From a virus (Duplodnaviria > Caudoviricetes), in the IMG/VR virus record IMGVR_UViG_3300031992_000018, positions 1 to 64,000 of that record: a stretch of 64,000 nt of DNA; one strand, 5' to 3'. The notes under the pieces were generated by a model that made no database searches, was not told where the DNA came from, and was given only the letters and a program-made list of their open reading frames with translations. Of the stretch, positions 1 through 8,839 are shown piece by piece. How positions within the stretch are numbered: position 1 is the first letter of the stretch; every line of letters starts with the position of its first letter. Both the position numbers and the translations under genes were made by a program.

Positions 1-440
1 GACAAAAGCAGAAAGGCGTACATACCTAGTCCACTCAAAAGGTGGTATGGTATTGGAGCACAGCCACGTCTTTCAAATCGGTTAAATCTTGTGTGATTGA
101 TTCAAGTATGGTTGAAAAACAATCTTAATAAATTATACAAGCAAAAGTGCTGTGCGCTTCATGTGACAATGCAGTTATCCACTTGTGATATAGTGGCTGC
201 GAAAGTACCGCAAGGAAATCGTAGAAATGAACGGAGTATGCAACTTATCGGAGGGTCGCGCCTTCTAATCCCGCAAGGAGTAAGGGTTGAAACAAGTAGT
301 TTATATAGCATGAAGCAGTAGTTGCGGAACTTATAATCCGTCTGCATCTTACCTATCTTTGGAAACAAGGATGTGTTCTAGTTCCGAAAGGAATGAAAAC
401 GGTAAGCGATAAGGGTCATGACTCAGCCCACGTCATTTGT
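1..440 (+). ncRNA. GOLLD-like large structured RNA (probably truncated by window start)
   Basis: GC-richer than flanks, no credible ORF. Perfect helices GCACAGC(58-64)/GCTGTGC(149-155) and GCTTCATG(156-163)/CATGAAGC(309-316); GNRA hairpins (CCGCAAGG, TTCCGAAAGGAA). Motif order CTCAAAAGG..CACGTCT..TTGAAAA..AAGCAAAAGT..CGCAAGG..TTGAAA..AGTAGTTT..AGTAGTTGCG resembles GOLLD as I recall it; next to a tRNA in a phage, as is typical for GOLLD. Confidence 0.7.
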
Positions 441-538
441 TTTCAGAGTGTGATACCTCTGTTAACAACAAATAATTTGAGGTCTTTGAAAATATGTCAG
501 AGTATAATGCATACTTAAATATATTTAATTATTAAAGT

Positions 539-862
539 ATGATAAATTATACATTTAGTGGTTATGAGAATATGACTACTGCCTCCCATCTTATTGCTGG
601 AGAAACTTGTAAGGTTACAGGAATTGGTAATTCGATGACTCCAATACTTAAATCAAGACAAGCGGTAATATGCGAACCTGTTACAGAAACAACAGAACTT
701 AAGAAAAAGGATATTGTATTATGTAAGGTTAATGGAAGATGTTATTTACATTTAATTCATGCGATTAAAGAGGACGCGTTCTTGATTGGAAACAATCATG
801 GTCACATGAATGGTTGGACACCAAGAAGAAATGTATTTGGTAAAGTAGTTGAAATTCTGTGA
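539..862 (+). CDS. S24/S26 peptidase-like (LexA/signal peptidase fold) small protein
   Basis: GNSMTP motif followed by DIVLCKV and YLHLI. Confidence 0.65.
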   Translation: MINYTFSGYENMTTASHLIAGETCKVTGIGNSMTPILKSRQAVICEPVTETTELKKKDIVLCKVNGRCYLHLIHAIKEDAFLIGNNHGHMNGWTPRRNVFGKVVEIL

Positions 863-917
863 GCTCGACACTCACTCATCAGTACAAATGTATGCATTAT
901 ATCTGATTTTCATATAT

Positions 918-990
918 GCCGAGGTAGCTTTAATGGTAGAGCACCTGACTTGTAATCAGGGGGTTGCAGGTTCGACTCCTGTCCTCGGCT
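918..990 (+). tRNA. tRNA-Thr(UGU)
   Basis: Cloverleaf: acceptor GCCGAGG/CCTCGGC, anticodon arm CCTGA-CT-TGT-AA-TCAGG, T arm GCAGG-TTCGACT-CCTGT. Confidence 0.96.
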
Positions 991-995
991 CAGAT

Positions 996-1165
996 GGCGG
1001 AGTAAAAGTCAGTAAGTCTCCGATGATTCCAACATACTGACAATGGTGTGGAATCCGGTTTGAGGAAAACGTAAAAGTGAAGCTCAATAGAATAGGTACC
1101 GAAAGGGGATGTAATTAAATTGCATGTAAGACCAAAAATGACTGAAAGCCTATTTAACACCTCCT
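996..1165 (+). ncRNA. Candidate small structured RNA between the tRNA and a terminator
   Basis: Hairpins CGGAG/CTCCG and GATTCC/GGAATC with mutually complementary loops; further stems AATAGGT/GCCTATT, TGAG/CTCA and CC-GAAA-GG. Confidence 0.45.
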
Positions 1166-1167
1166 TC

Positions 1168-1205
1168 AAGAGTTCTAATATGAAAATATTAGGACTCTTT
1201 TTTTT
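1168..1205 (+). terminator. Intrinsic terminator
   Basis: AAGAGTTCTAATAT-GAAA-ATATTAGGACTCTT followed by a T run. Confidence 0.8.
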
Positions 1206-1228
1206 ATGTATAATTAATTAGAAAATAA

Positions 1229-1240
1229 TATTTTTATATA
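1229..1240 (+). promoter_or_regulatory. Putative late-promoter motif TATTTTTATATA
   Basis: Identical 12-mer also at 7401, 8805, 26750, 39390 and 50068(-), each just upstream of a start codon. Confidence 0.55.
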
Positions 1241-1262
1241 GAAATAAATTTAGTCTTATTAA

Positions 1263-4200
1263 ATGATGTCTATATTTTCATATATTAATGAAAATCTCGA
1301 AGATAAAAAGAAAGAAGAAGGATTAAGTATTCTTGATAAATCTTTAAATGGTGATAATGAAGAAATAAAAGAATTTGAAAAATTACTTCGTCCAAATGGT
1401 CCATGTATTTATGCATTTATTACTGATAAAGTAAATGATGCTATAAAAATTGGATATACTGATCAGCATCCACTTAAAAGAATAGAACAATGGAAAGAAG
1501 TATATGGAAAAGAAGAAGGTGAAGTAGAATGTCTTGGTTATTGGAGTAGTGAAGAAATTGATCAGAGTGGACAGAAAGTATTTTTCTGGGATCATGCTGT
1601 ACATGATAAAGTAACAAAGAAAGGATATGCTAATATTTCAAAAGAGCAATTTTATAAAATATTATCAGAAAAGGGTAAGAAAGTAAATGATGTTCATGAG
1701 CTTCATTATTCAAAAGAATTCTTCAGTAAATATAAGACTCTTTTAAAAGGACAATTATCAGATGAAGATAAAGTAGAATTATCTAAAGAATTAATTGAAG
1801 ATATTCTTATAGAAATGAAAAAATCTATTAAAGATGGAAAATCAGATTTTAAGTTATATAAATTTGATTCATCAGGTAAGACATCAAGTCAAAAGGCTGA
1901 TATTGTATGGGGTTCTCCTAAAGATTATCCAAATACAGATCTACAGGAAGATTGTATAAAGAAAGGTGTAGAAGCTATCAAGAAAGGTAAAAAGAATATT
2001 CTTATGGCTGCTGTTATGCGTTTTGGTAAGACTCATGCAGCATATGAAATAATAAAAGGATCTGGATTAAAAAGAATAGTTGTAGTATCTGCTAAAGCTG
2101 ATGTAAGAAAGGCTTGGAGAGATGATATTAACCATAAAGATTTTTATAAAGATTTTGTATTTGTAGAAGTATTAGATGAATTTAATTGGGATATTACATC
2201 TCTTGGATCTGATGAAAAATTAGTTACTAAGCATGAAAGAGTATATGAAGACACTGATATATTTGATATGTATGAGAATAAGACAATTATCTTTTTCTTT
2301 ACACTTCATGATCTATCAGGTTCACTTAATGAAATAAAATCAAAACATAAAAAGATATTTGATGAAGAATTTGATATGATGGTAGTTGATGAAACTCATT
2401 ATGGTTCTCATGCAAATTCATTTGGTAAAGTAACTAAATTAAATAAGAATATAGAAGTTGAAGATAATGCTGATTTTGAAGAAGAGGAAAAGATTGCTAA
2501 AGAGATGGAATCATTCAAAAATAAATTGAATATTAAATATAAAACAGTTCTTCAAGTTTCTGGTACACCATATTATATTCTTGCTTCTAATGAAATGATT
2601 GAAGATGATGCTGAGGTTATTTCTAAAGTATCATATACAGATATGTTAAATGCAAGAGATAAATGGGAGAAAGATCATCCAAATGAACCAAAATCAAATT
2701 CTCCTTATTATGGTGTTCCAACACTTCATAAAATTGGTCTTAGATTAACAAAAGAATGCCGTAGAGCTATTCAAAAATCAAATACGACTGATTCATTAAG
2801 TGCTTTGTTTGAAGTTAAATCTGGCAAGTTTAGATATGAAAAAGAGATAACTGGATTAATAAAAAGTTTATTTGGAGATGATAAAGAAGATACCTTTGCA
2901 TTCCTTAAGAATAAATCTGTAGAAGGTAATAAAGTTTGTAAGCATACTATTATGGTTCTTCCAAGAATAGAAGCATGTAAAGTAATGGAAAATCTTCTTA
3001 AAGAAATGAAGATTAACAGAGATATTATTCGTGTAGTTGGAAATGAAGGTAAATCAAATATAGATATTGAAACACTTAATAACAGATTGCTTGAAGATGA
3101 TGATAAGAATATAAAATCTATTGTATTGACCGTAAATAGATATTTGACTGGTGTTTCTATGCCTCTTATTGATTCTATGATATATCTTAAAAATGCTTCA
3201 TCACCACAAGAATATGATCAGAATATATTCAGACTTTGTACAAGAAATGTAAAGAAGGTTTCTAAAGGTGATAATGAAGAAGGACCTGAATATGTAAATA
3301 TGAAAGATAATGTATATTTGATAGACTTTAATATATCAAATATGTTCAATATGCTTGCTAATTCTGCTAAGATGAGAGCTTTAGCTGATGCTAAAGATGA
3401 TAAGAATATAAATATCATGGATAGAATAGCAGAATATATGAAAGAAGATCTTAAGAGTATTCCACTTTATTGTGAAGATGGTAAGAGTAAAGAAATTACT
3501 GGTAAGATGAAAGTAATTAACTCTAATGATCTTATGGAAATATATGCAAACTATAATAAAGATAAGAGTATAGCAGATGTAGCGAATGATGAAATTAATC
3601 TTTTTGATGGATTATTCGGTGATAAGAAATTCCAAGAAGTAATAAATGGAATGAATATAGAAGGAGATAAAAGTAAAATCAATATTGATGGTGTAAATGC
3701 TGATGGAGAAGATACTATAAATGTAGATAGTGGAAATGGTAAGAAATCACTTAAGGATTATGCCATTGATAAATTACCTGAAAAGAAACTTGAGAAAATT
3801 ACTAAAGAAAAATTCAAGAGCATAGTAAAAGGAATTCTATATTGTAATATTACTCTTGATAATCCTTATACAGATATCAAATCAATGATAGATGATTCAA
3901 AGAATGATGATGAACTTAGAGAAGCACTTAAAGACTTTAAGATTACTGTAGATGATATTGAAAAAGTATATGATATAATGTCACCTACATATAAAGAATC
4001 ATTTGATTATTTGTTATTGAAGATTTCATACTTAGCTCATGAAATCAAAGAGAAAGGTTCTGATGCTCTTGATAAAGCAATGCGTGGTCTTGGTAAGATA
4101 GATAAAAGTGAAGTTGTAACGCCGCCTGAAATTGTAAATAAGATGATTGACAAATTAGATGAATCAGATTATAAGAATGCAGAATCTATATTACTTGTAA

Positions 4201-5258
4201 ATGAAAAACAAGGTGAATTCTTCAAAGGATTGATTAGAAAATTCGGTAAAGAAATTGGTAAGAAATGTAAAATAGTCTGCTCAAGCAGTGTAGGTGAAAG
4301 ACTTACAAAGAAAATGTTGAAAACAGAAGGATTTAATGACTATATTAATAATATAATTATGTCCATTGGCGATGTCAATGGAGATGGTAAATATACTGTA
4401 AATGATTTCTTAGATATGAAGAATGAAGATATATTGAAAGAGAATGGTGGAAAGAAGTTTGATATTGTATTAATGAATCCACCATTTCAGGGGGCAACAT
4501 TACATTTGCAATTTATTGAAAAATGTATAGAAGTTTCTGAAAATACAATAGCTATATGTCCGGCTTCTTGGATAGATGACTATGCTGTAGTTGATGGTTG
4601 GAAGAAATCTCCAAAACAAAGATACATAACAAAATTAGGTAAACATCTTATTGATTATGAATATTTTAAGCCAGAAGATTTCCAAAAGATATTTAATATT
4701 GCAACTTGGACATCTGGAATGATAGGTTTATTTAATAGTAATAAAACATCTGAATTATATAAGTCAATAAGTAATAATCAAACAAGTAAGTTTGACAAAG
4801 AAATAATTGAAAAAGCAGCAAAGCTTATTTATACTGGACAACAGACTTCGGTAACAAAAATGTATAGGAAACATAAAGGAGAAGATGGATATGACTGGTT
4901 TATAAAACTTACAAGAGTTCATGGTCACATTAATAACAAAGACCAATATGATAATATAGCTCCTGATATAAAATATTCATTAAATATAAAAGACAAAGAG
5001 CAAAAAGAAGTTTATTTTAAGACAAAAAATGAGGCAGTAAATTTCTTTGAGTCAATAAAAACTACATTTTGTAAATACTTGAAGAAACTTGGATGTTATG
5101 GTTCTGGTGATTTTAATGGAGGATTACCATTTATGAATGATTATACTAAACCTTGGACAACACACAGGTTCTGTGAATACTTCGGTATAAGCAAAGATAC
5201 TGAAGACTATATAGATAAGTTTTTTGAAGAATTTTATAAAAGTTTTGAAAATGAATAA
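1263..5258 (+). CDS. Restriction-modification-like fusion: T5orf172/GIY-YIG-like nuclease + SF2 (ResIII-like) helicase + Eco57I-like N6-adenine methyltransferase; N-terminal capsid-targeting-like tag
   Basis: IYAF..IKIGYT..RIEQW; Walker A MRFGKT; VVDETH; SGTP; LTGVS..ID; VVTP; FDIVLMNPPF; N-terminus MMSIFSYINE. Confidence 0.8.
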   Translation: MMSIFSYINENLEDKKKEEGLSILDKSLNGDNEEIKEFEKLLRPNGPCIYAFITDKVNDAIKIGYTDQHPLKRIEQWKEVYGKEEGEVECLGYWSSEEIDQSGQKVFFWDHAVHDKVTKKGYANISKEQFYKILSEKGKKVNDVHELHYSKEFFSKYKTLLKGQLSDEDKVELSKELIEDILIEMKKSIKDGKSDFKLYKFDSSGKTSSQKADIVWGSPKDYPNTDLQEDCIKKGVEAIKKGKKNILMAAVMRFGKTHAAYEIIKGSGLKRIVVVSAKADVRKAWRDDINHKDFYKDFVFVEVLDEFNWDITSLGSDEKLVTKHERVYEDTDIFDMYENKTIIFFFTLHDLSGSLNEIKSKHKKIFDEEFDMMVVDETHYGSHANSFGKVTKLNKNIEVEDNADFEEEEKIAKEMESFKNKLNIKYKTVLQVSGTPYYILASNEMIEDDAEVISKVSYTDMLNARDKWEKDHPNEPKSNSPYYGVPTLHKIGLRLTKECRRAIQKSNTTDSLSALFEVKSGKFRYEKEITGLIKSLFGDDKEDTFAFLKNKSVEGNKVCKHTIMVLPRIEACKVMENLLKEMKINRDIIRVVGNEGKSNIDIETLNNRLLEDDDKNIKSIVLTVNRYLTGVSMPLIDSMIYLKNASSPQEYDQNIFRLCTRNVKKVSKGDNEEGPEYVNMKDNVYLIDFNISNMFNMLANSAKMRALADAKDDKNINIMDRIAEYMKEDLKSIPLYCEDGKSKEITGKMKVINSNDLMEIYANYNKDKSIADVANDEINLFDGLFGDKKFQEVINGMNIEGDKSKINIDGVNADGEDTINVDSGNGKKSLKDYAIDKLPEKKLEKITKEKFKSIVKGILYCNITLDNPYTDIKSMIDDSKNDDELREALKDFKITVDDIEKVYDIMSPTYKESFDYLLLKISYLAHEIKEKGSDALDKAMRGLGKIDKSEVVTPPEIVNKMIDKLDESDYKNAESILLVNEKQGEFFKGLIRKFGKEIGKKCKIVCSSSVGERLTKKMLKTEGFNDYINNIIMSIGDVNGDGKYTVNDFLDMKNEDILKENGGKKFDIVLMNPPFQGATLHLQFIEKCIEVSENTIAICPASWIDDYAVVDGWKKSPKQRYITKLGKHLIDYEYFKPEDFQKIFNIATWTSGMIGLFNSNKTSELYKSISNNQTSKFDKEIIEKAAKLIYTGQQTSVTKMYRKHKGEDGYDWFIKLTRVHGHINNKDQYDNIAPDIKYSLNIKDKEQKEVYFKTKNEAVNFFESIKTTFCKYLKKLGCYGSGDFNGGLPFMNDYTKPWTTHRFCEYFGISKDTEDYIDKFFEEFYKSFENE

Positions 5259-5763
5259 ATTCAACATAGAAAAATTCCTTTCTCTTGAAGGTTATGATAC
5301 AGATACTAGAGTATCTAGGCGTAAGAATTCTGATATCAATTCTCAAGAATTCTTCACTCCTTATTCTATAGTCAAGCGAATGTGTGATAAGGTATCTGAT
5401 GAAGATTGGGCAGATCCGAATAAGACATTCTGTGAACCTTGTTTTGGAAATGGTCAATTTTTGATATACATTATATATAATAGGATTCTTCATGGAGTAT
5501 CTTGGAAAAGAGCACTTGAAACTACTTATGGTCTTGAATTAATGGAAGATAATGTAATTGAGACTTATGAAAGAATTCTTAGTCTTCTTGATTCTTTAGA
5601 CGAATATGGAATTATTAAAGATTATGAAATAAATAGTATTCAAGAAGCTATGGATATAATGAAAAAGAATCTTGTTTGTCATGATTTCTTTACATGGAAT
5701 TTTGAGCAATGGAGAGAATATACAGAAGATGAATTGAAAGAAATAAATAAAAAGAGGAAATAA
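5251..5763 (+). CDS. N6-adenine methyltransferase SAM-binding module (partner of the upstream enzyme)
   Basis: QEFFTP, FCEPCFGNGQFL (motif I), YGLEL, LVCHDF; no NPPY/F motif; ATG overlaps the upstream stop. Confidence 0.75.
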   Translation: MNKFNIEKFLSLEGYDTDTRVSRRKNSDINSQEFFTPYSIVKRMCDKVSDEDWADPNKTFCEPCFGNGQFLIYIIYNRILHGVSWKRALETTYGLELMEDNVIETYERILSLLDSLDEYGIIKDYEINSIQEAMDIMKKNLVCHDFFTWNFEQWREYTEDELKEINKKRK

Positions 5764-5790
5764 TGAATTTCCTCTTTTTTATTCTATATT
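5751..5790 (+). terminator. Terminator hairpin overlapping an early-type promoter motif
   Basis: AAAGAGGAAAT/ATTTCCTCTTT stem; TGAA at 5764, CTATATT at 5784. Confidence 0.65.
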
Positions 5791-5818
5791 GTGTATACTT
5801 GATTTTAAATAATTTAAT

Positions 5819-6412
5819 ATGACTGAAAAAGAATTTGTTAAAAAATATAATGTTAATCCAGAAATGGATGAAAGAACATTTACTGAAATTTTAAATTTTA
5901 ATAATAATGTAATGCATATTTCAAATTTTATAAAGATTTGTAAAAAAGCATCTAAAAAACTTGATAAAAGAATTAAACATGATATAGATATTATAGATCC
6001 AAGGAATCAATGTTGGGGTGGTGCATTTGATAGACTTATTGCAAATATTATTAATGATTATCAAAATAAATTTAAATATAGAAGATGTTTAAATCATAAT
6101 ACAGAAAGAGATTGTGTTTGTATAGATAATAATTCTAATGATATTGAAGTAAAAACAGCATTATATAATCTTGATAATAATAATTGGAATGGTTTTTATA
6201 CAAGTAAATGTAAAAATTATGAAAACTCTCCTAAATATAATTCTCCAGATGAATATGATTACTATTTATTTGTAAGATTAAATAGAAATTCTGAAACATG
6301 TATTACAAAAGTAAAAGAAATTTATTTTGGTCGTATATGTGAAGATTTTTGGAAAGATAATGGATCAATAAGTATAAAAGTAATAAATAAAAATTGTGTA
6401 AGAATTTTATAA
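5819..6412 (+). CDS. Putative PD-(D/E)XK nuclease (restriction endonuclease-like)
   Basis: FD..RD...DIEVKT motif; located beside methyltransferases. Confidence 0.5.
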   Translation: MTEKEFVKKYNVNPEMDERTFTEILNFNNNVMHISNFIKICKKASKKLDKRIKHDIDIIDPRNQCWGGAFDRLIANIINDYQNKFKYRRCLNHNTERDCVCIDNNSNDIEVKTALYNLDNNNWNGFYTSKCKNYENSPKYNSPDEYDYYLFVRLNRNSETCITKVKEIYFGRICEDFWKDNGSISIKVINKNCVRIL

Positions 6413-6450
6413 AGCTGAACAATAAGTTCAGCTTTTTCTATATTAATATT

Positions 6451-7080
6451 ATGAAACAGATAGATACATATATAAAAGAGAATACAGAGTATAAAGATTA
6501 TACTTGTTATTTTGCTGATGATATTTCTACAGGATCTCCAAAAGATTTATTTCTTTCAGCATTTGTTGAAGAGTATATATTTAAATTATATTATGAAAGA
6601 AGAAGTGGTGTAAAAGTTATTAAAACAAATGAAGAAAATAAATCTGTAAAAGATAATTGGAATCACATTGATATAAAAACAAATCATAGTAATATTGATA
6701 TAAAAACTATAAGTAGAAAATGGAATTCTATTTCAGTAAATACTTCAATGTTAAATTCTAAAGTTAATATTGGTACTATAATAGAAGATAATGATAAAAT
6801 ATATATTGTAGTAAATGATATTAAAAAAATAAAAGATAAAGGAAAAGATAAAGGAAAATTCAGAGTATTTACAATTCCTATTTTATTAGAAGATCCATTA
6901 TATAAAACAGAATTATATTCTGATTTATCTGAAAAATATAAAAAATTAATTAAATTATATAATATTATACATGATTATAATAATGAAGGATTAAAAGAAT
7001 ATTCAAAAATAGTTCTTGATAAACTTACTCCTGTATTTCAAAAAGAATTTGGTTTAACTCCAAAAATAGAATTTGTATAA
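6451..7080 (+). CDS. Putative PD-(D/E)XK-like nuclease with capsid-targeting-like N-terminus
   Basis: VEEY..HID..IDIKT; N-terminus MKQIDTYIKE (ATG at 6451 preferred over the GTG at 6394). Confidence 0.4.
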   Translation: MKQIDTYIKENTEYKDYTCYFADDISTGSPKDLFLSAFVEEYIFKLYYERRSGVKVIKTNEENKSVKDNWNHIDIKTNHSNIDIKTISRKWNSISVNTSMLNSKVNIGTIIEDNDKIYIVVNDIKKIKDKGKDKGKFRVFTIPILLEDPLYKTELYSDLSEKYKKLIKLYNIIHDYNNEGLKEYSKIVLDKLTPVFQKEFGLTPKIEFV

Positions 7081-7086
7081 TTAATT

Positions 7087-7377
7087 ATGAATGATATAAT
7101 AAATTATAGGTTTTTAGTACCTTTAAATGAAGATACTGCTGATTTTTTTACAAAGACATTTATAGAGTCATGGTATACTTCTGATGGTAGTCCATTTTGT
7201 GGAATATATGAAGGTCTTTTGATTAAAAGAAATGATATATTAAATTTACCTAAAAAGTTAGATTATGATATATATGAGATTAGTGACAGATTTTTAGACA
7301 CTGATGATTTTGTATCTGATTTTCTTGATGGTGATTGTGAAGATAATGATTTTATATATGAAAAAAGAAACAAATAA
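7087..7377 (+). CDS. Hypothetical acidic protein
   Basis: ORF packed between its neighbour and a terminator. Confidence 0.6.
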   Translation: MNDIINYRFLVPLNEDTADFFTKTFIESWYTSDGSPFCGIYEGLLIKRNDILNLPKKLDYDIYEISDRFLDTDDFVSDFLDGDCEDNDFIYEKRNK

Positions 7378-7412
7378 AAGAATCGATTAATCGATTCTTT
7401 TATTTTTATATA
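7376..7412 (+). terminator. Palindromic terminator followed by late-type motif
   Basis: AAAAGAATCGA-TTAA-TCGATTCTTTT, then TATTTTTATATA. Confidence 0.65.
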
Positions 7413-7426
7413 TATAATTAGATATT

Positions 7427-7954
7427 ATGAAAGAACTTAATACATATATAATAGAAAAATTACATTTAAATAAGGATATTAAACCAGTATATCATTATCA
7501 ACCTAAAGATAAGCAAGAATTAAAAATATTAATTGAAAAACTTATTAAAGAAAGAGGTAATGATGCTGATTTAAATGATATAGATGTTAGTAAAGTTACT
7601 GAAATGTATAGGTTATTTTATAAATCTAATTTTAATGGTGATATATCTAAATGGAATGTAAGTAATGTTAAATATATGGATAAAATGTTTTCTGATTCTG
7701 ATTTTAATGGTGATATATCATCTTGGGATGTAAGTAATGTTGAAGATATGTCTAGTATGTTTTTTAATTCTAAATTTAATGGAGATATTTCTAAATGGGA
7801 TGTAAGTAAAGTTGAAAATATGGAATATATGTTTAATGGATCAGATTTTAATGGAGATATATCAGATTGGGATGTTAGTAATGTTAATGATATGATAGAA
7901 ATGTTTATGTATTCTCCTTTACAAAATAATCCTCCTAAATGGTATCATGAATAA
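7427..7954 (+). CDS. DUF285/BspA-type repeat protein with capsid-targeting-like N-terminus
   Basis: Four FNGDISxWxVSxVxxMxxMF repeats; N-terminus MKELNTYIIEKLHLNKD. Confidence 0.85.
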   Translation: MKELNTYIIEKLHLNKDIKPVYHYQPKDKQELKILIEKLIKERGNDADLNDIDVSKVTEMYRLFYKSNFNGDISKWNVSNVKYMDKMFSDSDFNGDISSWDVSNVEDMSSMFFNSKFNGDISKWDVSKVENMEYMFNGSDFNGDISDWDVSNVNDMIEMFMYSPLQNNPPKWYHE

Positions 7955-8420
7955 TTTAAGTACATATATAGTTGAGAAACTTCATCTTAACAAAGATATT
8001 AAAATGACATCTAATAATTTTAAAAAAGATGAAGATTTCTTATGTGTTGGTTTATATATTAATACTGATAAAGAAATAAATATTAAATTATATAATTTTC
8101 TTTTTGAATCTTTTAAAGAATTATCATCAGATAATGAATTTAGTTATATATCTGATGGAAGAATTATTACAAAAAAGGTATTCAAAAATAATAATGGATA
8201 TTATGAATATTCTAGTAAAAATTACAGAAAACCTGGAGATTATATATCAGCAATATTTATAGATAAAAAAGACAGTATAATTTTTTTAAACTCATTATTG
8301 AATAACAATTTTAATATACATAATTATTTTGATAAACGAAATGATGATGAATTAAAACAATATAATATCATAAATCCTTCTAATGAAGAAATTAAAGAAA
8401 TGATAAATCAATTAAAATAA
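7947..8420 (+). CDS. Hypothetical protein with capsid-targeting-like N-terminus
   Basis: MNNLSTYIVEKLHLNKDIK, shared with the 7427 and 28248 ORFs. Confidence 0.7.
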   Translation: MNNLSTYIVEKLHLNKDIKMTSNNFKKDEDFLCVGLYINTDKEINIKLYNFLFESFKELSSDNEFSYISDGRIITKKVFKNNNGYYEYSSKNYRKPGDYISAIFIDKKDSIIFLNSLLNNNFNIHNYFDKRNDDELKQYNIINPSNEEIKEMINQLK

Positions 8421-8481
8421 ATGAGAGTTAAAATATTAACTCTCATTTTTCTATATTATAATATATATATTTTATATATTT

Positions 8482-8799
8482 ATGATTAAATTCATTATTT
8501 TAGTAACAATAATTTCTATTACTATATTAGGTGTAGTAGATTCTATATGTAAATCTATAAAACATAAAAAAATAAATAATTCTGAATTTCCAGATAGTGA
8601 ATATTGGTGGTATAATGCTCCTCATTATTATATTATGTCTAATGGAGAAAAATTCAATATACCTGAATATGTTACTTGGGATGATTGGAAAAATATGCCT
8701 AAAGAGAAAAAAATGCAATTATTACTTAATATAGAAAATCGAATTTTATCTACTAGAAATGATAATTTTTTAGAAAATTCTAATGAAGATATTCAATAA
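8482..8799 (+). CDS. Small membrane-anchored hypothetical protein
   Basis: Hydrophobic N-terminal segment. Confidence 0.6.
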   Translation: MIKFIILVTIISITILGVVDSICKSIKHKKINNSEFPDSEYWWYNAPHYYIMSNGEKFNIPEYVTWDDWKNMPKEKKMQLLLNIENRILSTRNDNFLENSNEDIQ

Positions 8800-8839
8800 A
8801 AGAATATTTTTATATATAAAAAAATTTTTGATAGAATAG

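Noticed and set aside
97-368. Short ORFs 97-321(+) and 159-368(-)
   Set aside because: They lie within the structured RNA, have non-ATG starts and show no protein-like features.
849-1040. 63-aa ORF
   Set aside because: It overlaps tRNA-Thr.
1019-1070. Hammerhead ribozyme
   Set aside because: CCGATGA deviates from the CUGANGA core, and the GAAA/stem III geometry does not fit.
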